Assembly: GCA_035507275.1 (NCBI GenBank)
Contig: DATJOG010000005.1
Coordinates: 37,854 to 101,853 of the forward strand
Source: Candidatus Acidiferrales bacterium
GTDB taxonomy: Bacteria > Vulcanimicrobiota > Vulcanimicrobiia > Vulcanimicrobiales > Vulcanimicrobiaceae
Direction of reading: 5' to 3'
Length of the DNA stretch: 64,000 bases
How positions within the stretch are numbered: position 1 is the stretch's first letter; each line of letters begins with the position of its first letter. Below the pieces are notes generated by a model. The model did no database searches and was not told the origin of the DNA. It saw only the letters and a list, made by a program, of their open reading frames with translations. A program made the translations under genes and the position numbers. Below, one piece after another: positions 43,296 through 50,403 of this stretch.

Positions 43296-44021
43296 ATGCT
43301 CTCCCCGCTTCGGGTCGCCGTCGTCGTCGCTGCGCTGATCCCCACCTTGACCGCAATCGCGCTCGCCGATCAGCTCTACGGTGTTGCGGGCGAGGACACG
43401 TACCGCGTCGGCAAAGACCTCGGCGCGACGCATATCGTCTATCAAGGCTCCGAGCGGCTCACGGTCGCGCGCAATAGCCAAGGCGAGCACTACGTCGCCG
43501 ACGTCGCGTACACGCGTGTCGACGAGAGCGGTAAAGCGTCGGTGCACGCGAGCTTCGTGCAGGAGCTGCTGCACGACGGAACCTTTGAGGACCGCGGTGA
43601 CGAGGATCCCGATTTTCTCACGATCCTCAACCAACCGTTCGCCGTCCAGCTCGACGCGACCACGCTGCGCGATTTGGAGCGTCTGCAGGGAATGGTTCCC
43701 TTCGAGGCCGCCTCGCCGCTGGGAGGCTCGCACCTCTCGGGCTACTTGCGCTCGGCGCCGCGCGGGCAAGTCATGGGGCACGACGTGGTGGGCGTGCGCT
43801 TCAGCGCCCAGGGACCGATGACCGGATCGCTGCCGCAGCATCCCGAGGCGCTGCTGACCGGCACGATGCGCATGAACGGCACGGCATACTATGCCGAAAA
43901 AGGCGCGCTCTTACTCGCGCTCGACGCGACGCTCACGATCGAGGGCAAACTGCAGAGCGGTCACGACTCCATCCCGGTGGAGATCGTGTATCACCGCAGC
44001 ATCAGGGCGACGCAGCCGTAG
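43296..44021 (+). CDS. secreted hypothetical protein
   Basis: Trimmed to the ATG at 43296 (MLSPLRVAVVVAALIPTLTAIALA, signal peptide). It has balanced composition. I recognise no motif. Confidence 0.55.
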   Translation: MLSPLRVAVVVAALIPTLTAIALADQLYGVAGEDTYRVGKDLGATHIVYQGSERLTVARNSQGEHYVADVAYTRVDESGKASVHASFVQELLHDGTFEDRGDEDPDFLTILNQPFAVQLDATTLRDLERLQGMVPFEAASPLGGSHLSGYLRSAPRGQVMGHDVVGVRFSAQGPMTGSLPQHPEALLTGTMRMNGTAYYAEKGALLLALDATLTIEGKLQSGHDSIPVEIVYHRSIRATQP

Positions 44022-44025
44022 AAAT

Positions 44026-44418
44026 CTAGAACGTTCCGACGAGCTGGACCTCGAGCGGATGACGGAAGGGCATCTCCGAGAGATAGGTGAGCGGCGTGAA
44101 GGCGAGATGATTCTGGTGGCAATCGATCAACATCTCGAGGCCGCGCTTCACGCATCCCGTCTCCTCGATGTACTTCGAGAGCTTCTTCGTGAAGTACGAG
44201 TGCGGATCGTGCAGCACTTTGGCGTAATACGGATCGTCGGTCAAACCGACGGCCGAGATTCCTTCTTTGGGAACGAGCCAGACGAACCACGGATCTTGAT
44301 TGCGACGGTACCCGATCATGACCAGCGGAATCGCCCGCGAGGAGTCGAGGTGCGGAAGGAAACTGCACAGCGTGTACGCGTCGAATGAAATCTCCGTTGG
44401 TTCGATCGTCTGGTGCAT
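44026..44418 (-). CDS. hypothetical protein, compositionally atypical (more A/T-rich)
   Basis: 130 aa from the second ATG (44418), which has GAGAGAGGAA 6 nt upstream. It is rich in Y/F/K/H/I, unlike its neighbours. I recognise no motif. Confidence 0.55.
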   Translation of the reverse strand: MHQTIEPTEISFDAYTLCSFLPHLDSSRAIPLVMIGYRRNQDPWFVWLVPKEGISAVGLTDDPYYAKVLHDPHSYFTKKLSKYIEETGCVKRGLEMLIDCHQNHLAFTPLTYLSEMPFRHPLEVQLVGTF

Positions 44419-44440
44419 GGGCGTTCCTCTCTCGAATGCC

Positions 44441-44484
44441 ATAAAACAACAACCGCCGCGTCGTTACGAACGACCGGCGGTTGT
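44441..44484 (-). promoter_or_regulatory. terminator-like hairpin in the leader of the 44026..44418 gene
   Basis: ACAACCGCCG (44449-58) pairs with CGGCGGTTGT (44475-84), with an inner GTCGTT/AACGAC stem. On the minus strand it is followed by TGTTTTAT. No upstream minus-strand gene exists for it to terminate. Confidence 0.35.
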
Positions 44485-44619
44485 CGGAAAGGCGCGTGCG
44501 GCACATCGTGTACCATGATCGAAGGTTCCCCCGGCGCCCGCGGCGGCCCTGGCGCCTCAGGAATTTCTTGGCGCGGGCGTGAAACCGTAGGGAGGCCGGG
44601 AGCGGTCAAGTACGAGAGT

Positions 44620-45288
44620 ATGAGCGTGCTCGCACCACTCCCTCTGGGAGTCTACGTGCCACCAGCGATCCAGCCGGTCAAACCAGCGCCCGACCGGGCG
44701 CCGGGCAAGGCCGCGCCGAGTGTCGAGAACTTCGATCAGATCGTGGACGATTACCAACGCCGTCTCTACGGTTTCGCCCTTCGTATGACGGGCAATCGCG
44801 AAGACGCCGAGGAGATCGTACAGGACGCGTTCGTGCGCGCTTACCGCGCGCTTGGTAAAATGTCGTTCGAGCAACGCGCCGATCTGCGCTTGCAGCCGTG
44901 GCTCTACACCATCACCCTCAACGTCACGCGCAACCGCCTGCGCAGCAAGCGTCCGACGAACGTTGCGCTCGACTCGCTCGCCGATCCGGACGCGCTGCTT
45001 CGCGAATCGCACGAGGGACCGCCGCAGCCTGAGACGATCGTCGAGCAGAACGCCGAGGTCGCGCTCGTCGAGCAGGCGCTGCTGCAGCTGCCGGTACACT
45101 TGCGCGCCGCTGCCACGCTGCGCTTCATCGAAGGGCGCAGCCACCCGGAGATCGCCGAGATCCTCCATCAGCCGATCGGCACGGTAAAGTCGCACGTTCA
45201 TCGCGCGGTGCGTATCTTGCGGCGCATTCTCGGTCCGCAGATCGGACGCATCGCTCCCGAAGGAGACCCTTTACATGCGCTGTCGTGA
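44620..45288 (+). CDS. ECF-type RNA polymerase sigma-70 factor
   Basis: Trimmed to the ATG at 44620. Region 2 is DAEEIVQDAFVRAYRAL...QPWLYTITLNVTRNRLR. Region 4 is RFIEGRSHPEIAEILHQPIGTVKSHVHRAVRILR. Confidence 0.85.
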   Translation: MSVLAPLPLGVYVPPAIQPVKPAPDRAPGKAAPSVENFDQIVDDYQRRLYGFALRMTGNREDAEEIVQDAFVRAYRALGKMSFEQRADLRLQPWLYTITLNVTRNRLRSKRPTNVALDSLADPDALLRESHEGPPQPETIVEQNAEVALVEQALLQLPVHLRAAATLRFIEGRSHPEIAEILHQPIGTVKSHVHRAVRILRRILGPQIGRIAPEGDPLHALS

Positions 45289-46018
45289 CGTCGAACAACT
45301 CTGGGACGAGGTTCGCGCCGATTGCCGCGAAACGGTTAAAGAAGCCGTCGACATCCATCTGCGCGCATGCGAGCATTGCCAGGAGCTTTATAAGGAGTTC
45401 GAAGGCGTCGCCTATTGCCTCTCCTGCCTGCCCTCGCCGGAGCCGTCCTGCAATCTGACCAAGAAGGTCGTCGAGCACATCGCTCAGATCAAGGCGCGCG
45501 AGCGCACGACGCCGGTCGTGCTTTCGTCGGCGCAGACGCCGATCGGCCGCCTCTACGTCGGCTTCAAGGAAGATCGCATCGCGTACATCGGCATCGACAC
45601 CGGTGAAGCGTTCGAAGCGGTGCGCGCGCGCGTCGAGAGCCGCCTGCGCCGTCCCGTCGTCGCGGGCGAAGCGCCGTTTTGGCTGAGCAAGACGCTCGAG
45701 CAATTCTTCGACACGTGGCGGGTCGACGACCGGGTCGTGGACATCGAGGACTTGACCCCTTTCGAACAGGCGGCGCTCCGGGCGGCAGCTCGGATCCCTC
45801 CGGGTGAGGTGCGCTCCTACTCGTGGGTCGCCTCGCAGATCGGGCGCCCGCGTGCAGCGCGCGCGGTCGGCCAGGTCATGGCCCGCAATCCGCTCCCGCT
45901 GCTTTTCCCGTGCCACCGTGTGGTCGACGCACGAGGCGAACTCCACAACTACGGCTACGGGATCGAGATGAAGGCACGCCTGCTCAAGATGGAAGGCTAC
46001 ATCGCGCGCAAGCTGTAA
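45275..46018 (+). CDS. zf-HC2 (ZAS-type) anti-sigma domain fused to O6-alkylguanine-DNA alkyltransferase (Ogt/MGMT)
   Basis: One 247-aa ORF that overlaps the sigma gene by 14 nt. It has C3...H28-x3-C32-x2-C35 (HLRACEHC) and no TM segment. The C-terminal ~170 aa form an MGMT domain (TPFEQAALRAAARIPPGEVRSYSWVA..RAVGQVMARNPLPLLFPCHRVV). Confidence 0.8.
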   Translation: MRCRDVEQLWDEVRADCRETVKEAVDIHLRACEHCQELYKEFEGVAYCLSCLPSPEPSCNLTKKVVEHIAQIKARERTTPVVLSSAQTPIGRLYVGFKEDRIAYIGIDTGEAFEAVRARVESRLRRPVVAGEAPFWLSKTLEQFFDTWRVDDRVVDIEDLTPFEQAALRAAARIPPGEVRSYSWVASQIGRPRAARAVGQVMARNPLPLLFPCHRVVDARGELHNYGYGIEMKARLLKMEGYIARKL

Positions 46019-46026
46019 CCTAGAGC

Positions 46027-46740
46027 GTGGTGGCTAAACACATCCTCATTGCGGGCTTCGAGCCCTTCTCCGGCGACAAAGTCAACCCCAGCGAGATGGT
46101 TGCCCGCAGTTTCGAGGGCGCGCTGCTAGCCGGGCGTCCCGTCGCGGTACGCGTCATCCCGGTCGAAACGCGCAACATCCACGAGCGCTTCGAGCAAGCG
46201 CTGCTGCAAGACCACCCCGACATCGTGATCCTGCTTTCGCAGTTCGGCGGCCGCACCGCGCTTTCGATCGAGCGCGTCGCCGTCAACGTTCTCGATTTCG
46301 AGGGCGACAACGTCGGCGTCGTTCGCAAGAACGACGTCATTACGCGCGGCGGTCCCGAGGCGCGTATTTCCAATCTGCCGTTCTCGCAGATCGTCGAAGC
46401 GTGGAACGCGGCCGGCGTCCCCGGATACGTCTCCAACACGGCCGGCACGTTCATCGGCAATCAAGCGCTCTACGAGGTGATCGCGATCACCGAAAATGCC
46501 GTGCCGCCCGCAATCGTGGGCCTGGTGCATCTACCCTATCTGCCCGCGCAGGCGATCGCCGCCGGTGCCGAAACGAACCCCTCGATGTCATTCGATGTGA
46601 TGAAAAAAGGCGTCGAGGTCATGGTCGAGACCCTCGTTCCGTGGGTCGACGGCCGCACGCCGGAGGCTACCAAGACTCCACGCCTCGGCGCGAAACCCGG
46701 AGCCTGGATCCCGCGCGGTGTAAAGGAAGTAGAACGCTGA
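46027..46740 (+). CDS. pyroglutamyl-peptidase I (C15) homolog lacking the catalytic cysteine
   Basis: 237 aa with GFEPFSGDKVNPS, the Glu context SIERVAVNV and the His context GLVHLPYLPAQ. The nucleophile motif TAGTFVCN reads TAGTFIGN here. Confidence 0.8.
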   Translation: MVAKHILIAGFEPFSGDKVNPSEMVARSFEGALLAGRPVAVRVIPVETRNIHERFEQALLQDHPDIVILLSQFGGRTALSIERVAVNVLDFEGDNVGVVRKNDVITRGGPEARISNLPFSQIVEAWNAAGVPGYVSNTAGTFIGNQALYEVIAITENAVPPAIVGLVHLPYLPAQAIAAGAETNPSMSFDVMKKGVEVMVETLVPWVDGRTPEATKTPRLGAKPGAWIPRGVKEVER

Positions 46741-48320
46741 GCGACCCTCGTATTGCTGCGATTCCCGATGTGCACGGTCACGCGAAGGGCGAGCACCGCC
46801 CGTTTGCCGAGGAACGGCCGATCGCGTATTCGCCGCGCATGCTCTTTTTGTGGTTCTACCATGCATGCCGGCGCAATTCGCCGCGCTTTCTCATGGTTTC
46901 GGACCATATCAACTATTTGACGTTCGAAGATCCCGGCGCGGTGCATACCGTGCGCCGTGCGCTCAAGCTCGCGCACGCCGGCGATCTCTACGGCGCCGCG
47001 GAGACCGCCGGCGTCGACGTGACTCACGCCGCCGTGGTCGGCGAAAGCTTGCGGCGAGGAATGCGCTTCTCGATCGGCGCTGAGGTCGACAACGATCCAC
47101 GCGCAAGACCGGATGCGCAGAATATCGTGGACGCGATGCGGCCGGACGGAATCATCCGCTCGGTCCATTTCTTGCCGATCGATCATCCGGAGAAGGGGGC
47201 CGACTACATGTGGCCCTACGACAATCCGGAGTTCGCGCATCTCTTCGAGCATGTCGGCGTCGACAAGGTGTGGGAGCTATACACCGCGCGCCTCTTCGAC
47301 GACATCGAGAAACTACCGGGACACGTCGTGGGCCACTTCTATCGCCCCGCCATTCTGGGTCGCTGGCCCGACGAGAAAAAACTCGAGGCCTACGAAGACC
47401 GGCTGCTCGATCTCGCGCACGCGCGCGGGATGGCGGTCGAGATCAGCACGCGCCAGATCTACCGCGCAAGCGACGACGAGCAGCGCGCGAAGTACATCGC
47501 CGCCAACAAGCGCCTGATGCGCAAAGCGCAGGCGCGCGGCGTCGGTATCTCGATCGGCTCGGATGCGCACAGCCCGAAGGATCAGGGCGGAGCCTTCGAC
47601 GTCGTGCTCGCGATGCTCGACGAGTGCGGCATCAACGAGGTCTGCTTTCCGGTGGCCGGACGTCTGGCTCGCGTCGTCTTACGCGCAACGCGCGAACATC
47701 TCGAAGCGCACGCGCAGCGTTCGCCCGAACCGGTACAGCCCGGCAGCAGCATCAGCGGCTTCAGCCGCGCCGAACTCGGCCTTCCCGAAGAGGCCGAGCT
47801 GCAGCCGCGCGCGCGAGAGGGCGCCAAAGGGCGCGAAGCGGGTCCAAAGAAGCGCGCGAGCAGTCCGGAGCGCACGACCAAGAAGCCGACGCCGCCGGCA
47901 GCTCCGGCGAAGTCTTCCTCCAAACGCAGTCCCGAATCGGCAGCTTCTTCGAAAGCCGCGTCCGCAAAAAAGAGCGCCGCGGTGAAAAAAGCCGCTCCGG
48001 TGAAGAAAGCAGCCGATGTTAAGAAGGCCGCGCCCGCTAAGAAGGCGCCGGCCAAGACCGCACCTGCGAAAAAAGCGGCACCCGCGAAGAAGGCGGCACC
48101 CGTAAAGGCAGCGCCCGCAAAGAAGGCGCCCGCGAAAAAGGTGCCCGCAGGTAAGGCGCCCGCGAAAAAGACGCCGGTGAAGAAGGCCGCCGTGAAAAAA
48201 GCGGCGCCCGTCAAGAAAGCTGCGGCGAAGAAAACCGCCGTCAAGAAAGCGAAGCCCGCCGCCAAGCCGGCAGCGAAGAAAAAAGGTTCGACCAAGAAGA
48301 AAACGACCAAACGCCGTTAG
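46737..48320 (+). CDS. PHP-domain phosphoesterase fused to a histone-H1-like Lys/Ala/Pro-rich tail
   Basis: PHP motifs are IPDVHGH, SDHINY, SVHFLP, VGHFY and IGSDAHSP. The tail (~47841-48317) has AAPAKKA/AVKKAAPVKK repeats. The start is uncertain: the only in-frame candidate before DVHGH without a long overlap is the CTG at 46737 (CTGA overlap). Confidence 0.65.
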   Translation: MSDPRIAAIPDVHGHAKGEHRPFAEERPIAYSPRMLFLWFYHACRRNSPRFLMVSDHINYLTFEDPGAVHTVRRALKLAHAGDLYGAAETAGVDVTHAAVVGESLRRGMRFSIGAEVDNDPRARPDAQNIVDAMRPDGIIRSVHFLPIDHPEKGADYMWPYDNPEFAHLFEHVGVDKVWELYTARLFDDIEKLPGHVVGHFYRPAILGRWPDEKKLEAYEDRLLDLAHARGMAVEISTRQIYRASDDEQRAKYIAANKRLMRKAQARGVGISIGSDAHSPKDQGGAFDVVLAMLDECGINEVCFPVAGRLARVVLRATREHLEAHAQRSPEPVQPGSSISGFSRAELGLPEEAELQPRAREGAKGREAGPKKRASSPERTTKKPTPPAAPAKSSSKRSPESAASSKAASAKKSAAVKKAAPVKKAADVKKAAPAKKAPAKTAPAKKAAPAKKAAPVKAAPAKKAPAKKVPAGKAPAKKTPVKKAAVKKAAPVKKAAAKKTAVKKAKPAAKPAAKKKGSTKKKTTKRR

Positions 48321-48331
48321 GCGATCGGAGA

Positions 48332-50386
48332 GTGGCCATGGATATCTCGCGGCAGCGCAATATCGCTTTCGTCGGTCCGCATCACGCCGGCAAAACCACG
48401 CTCGTGGAAGCCGTGCTCGCGCAGAGCGGCGCGATCCCGCGCCGCGGTTCGATCACCGACGGAACCACGGTCACCGACTACGAGCCCGAGGATGTTTCGC
48501 ACGCGCAGTCCACGACGGCGGGATTTGCGCACTGTACGACCGGCCAGATCGATCTCACCATTCTCGACGCGCCGGGCTTCATCGATTTCTTCGAAGAGAC
48601 GAAGCTCGTGCTGTGCGGATCGGATGCCGCCGTGATCGTCGTCGAAGCCGACCCCGCGCGCGTCGTGCAAACCAAGACGCTCGTCGACTACCTCGAGGCA
48701 CGCAAGATGCCGCACTGTTTCGCGGTCAACAAGCTCGATCGCCCCGGTGCGGATTTCGAAGGAACGCTTGCGGCGCTGCAATCGCTCTACGGCCGCCACG
48801 TCGTCGCCGAACAATGGCCGATTTTCACGCGCTCCGCTGCCAATGAGAAGACCAGCGGTTTTTCAGGCTACGTCGATCTCGCCGACATGAAGGCGTACGC
48901 CTTCGATGGTGAGCGCGAACGCGAAGGTGCGGTCCCGGGCGACGTGCTCGAACGCGTGAAGACCGCGCACGCCGAACTACTCGAAGCAATGGCCGACTTC
49001 GACGACCATCTGATGGAAGAGCTGCTCGAAGGCATCGAACCGCCGCTCGACGAGGTCGAGCGCGATCTTTGCAGCGAGTGCTCCCACGATCAAATCGTTC
49101 CGGTGCTGGTTACCGCCGGCTCGAGCGGAGCGGGGATACCCGCGCTGCTGCGCGCGCTCGAGCGATGGTTCCCCTCGCCCGCGGACGCACCGGTGCTCGA
49201 CGCGGAGGGCCGCGCGATTGCGGCCGATCCCGCAGGCCCGGTGATCGCGCAGGTCATCAAGACGGCCATTCACCCGCAGTCCGGCAAGCTTTCGATCGTG
49301 CGCGTGCTCTCGGGAACGCTGAAAGCGGACGCGACGCTCACCGACATTTCACAAGGCGATGAGAAAGTGCGTTCGGGCGGGCTCTATCGCTTGCAAGGCA
49401 AGAAACAGGAGGCGATCGCCGAGGCCGGACCCGGCTCGATCGTTGCGATCGCGCGCCTGGAGCCCGTCAAGACGGGCGACGTGCTCACGAGCAACGGCGC
49501 CAAGGTATTACTGCCGCGCGTCTCGCTCTGCGCGCCGTGCTTTGCGATCGCGATAAAACCGAAGGAGCGCATCGACGAAGCAAAGATCTTCCAAATGCTC
49601 GCGCGCATCGTCGACGAGGATCCCTCGCTGCAATTGACGCGCGCCGAGATCACCGGCGAGCTGCTCCTGCTCGGCTCGGGCGAGCAGCACGTGACGATCG
49701 CGGTCGAACGGCTCGCGCGTAAGTACAAGGTCGAAGTCGAGACGGCGGCGCCGCAGATCCCGTATCAGGAAACGATCACGGCCGGTACGGAAGTCCATTC
49801 ACGCTACAAGCACCAAACCGGCGGTCACGGGCAGTTTGCCGACGTTTGGCTGCGCTTCGAGCCGCGCGAGCGCGGCGCCGGGGTTTCGTTCGACGAAAAA
49901 ATCGTCGGCGGCGTCGTCCCGCGGCAGTTCATTCCGGCCGTCGAAAAGGGCGTCCGCGAAGCGCTCGCGCACGGGCCCGGCGGTTATCCGGTGACCGACG
50001 TTCACATTACGCTCTACGACGGTCAATATCACGACGTTGATTCGAGCGAGCAATCGTTCAAAACGGCGGCCGGCATGGGCGTGCGCGACGCGCTCCCCAA
50101 GTGCCACCCGGTCGTGCTGGAACCGATCTCGCGCGTTACGGTCACCGTGCCGACGCAATATACCTCGACCGTGATTCAGCAGCTTACGGGCAAGCGCGGT
50201 CAAATTCTGGGCATGAACCCGGCGGATCAGACCGGGTTCGACCTGGTCGAAGCCGACGTTCCGCAAGTCGAGCTTTCGCGCTACATCACGGAACTTCGCA
50301 CCGGAACGCAGGGCCTGGGGACCTTCTCCGCCCGGCACGAGCGGTACGATCCGGTGCCCGGAAACAAGGTGGCGTCTAAGGTATAG
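48332..50386 (+). CDS. elongation factor G family GTPase (divergent paralog)
   Basis: 684 aa with G1 GPHHAGKTT and G4 NKLD. All five EF-G domains are recognisable (e.g. HSRYKHQTGGHGQFADV, GVVPRQFIPAVEKG). G3 reads DAPGFIDF instead of DTPGHVDF. Confidence 0.8.
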   Translation: MAMDISRQRNIAFVGPHHAGKTTLVEAVLAQSGAIPRRGSITDGTTVTDYEPEDVSHAQSTTAGFAHCTTGQIDLTILDAPGFIDFFEETKLVLCGSDAAVIVVEADPARVVQTKTLVDYLEARKMPHCFAVNKLDRPGADFEGTLAALQSLYGRHVVAEQWPIFTRSAANEKTSGFSGYVDLADMKAYAFDGEREREGAVPGDVLERVKTAHAELLEAMADFDDHLMEELLEGIEPPLDEVERDLCSECSHDQIVPVLVTAGSSGAGIPALLRALERWFPSPADAPVLDAEGRAIAADPAGPVIAQVIKTAIHPQSGKLSIVRVLSGTLKADATLTDISQGDEKVRSGGLYRLQGKKQEAIAEAGPGSIVAIARLEPVKTGDVLTSNGAKVLLPRVSLCAPCFAIAIKPKERIDEAKIFQMLARIVDEDPSLQLTRAEITGELLLLGSGEQHVTIAVERLARKYKVEVETAAPQIPYQETITAGTEVHSRYKHQTGGHGQFADVWLRFEPRERGAGVSFDEKIVGGVVPRQFIPAVEKGVREALAHGPGGYPVTDVHITLYDGQYHDVDSSEQSFKTAAGMGVRDALPKCHPVVLEPISRVTVTVPTQYTSTVIQQLTGKRGQILGMNPADQTGFDLVEADVPQVELSRYITELRTGTQGLGTFSARHERYDPVPGNKVASKV

Positions 50387-50403
50387 GGCAATAAAGGGCG
50401 GAT

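Noticed and set aside
44500-44619. An autoregulated ECF-type promoter (GGAAT/GAAAC … CGT) upstream of the sigma gene.
   Set aside because: GGAAT (44560) and GAAAC (44581) are present. No CGT-type -10 lies at 16-17 nt spacing that would also leave room for the GGGAGG Shine-Dalgarno. I cannot support a specific site.
47582-48310. A 242-aa minus-strand ORF rich in Phe/Ala/Gly (…AAFFTGAAFFTAAFF…).
   Set aside because: It is the exact antisense shadow of the Lys/Ala (AAG/GCN) repeat tail of the PHP fusion protein. It has no independent support.
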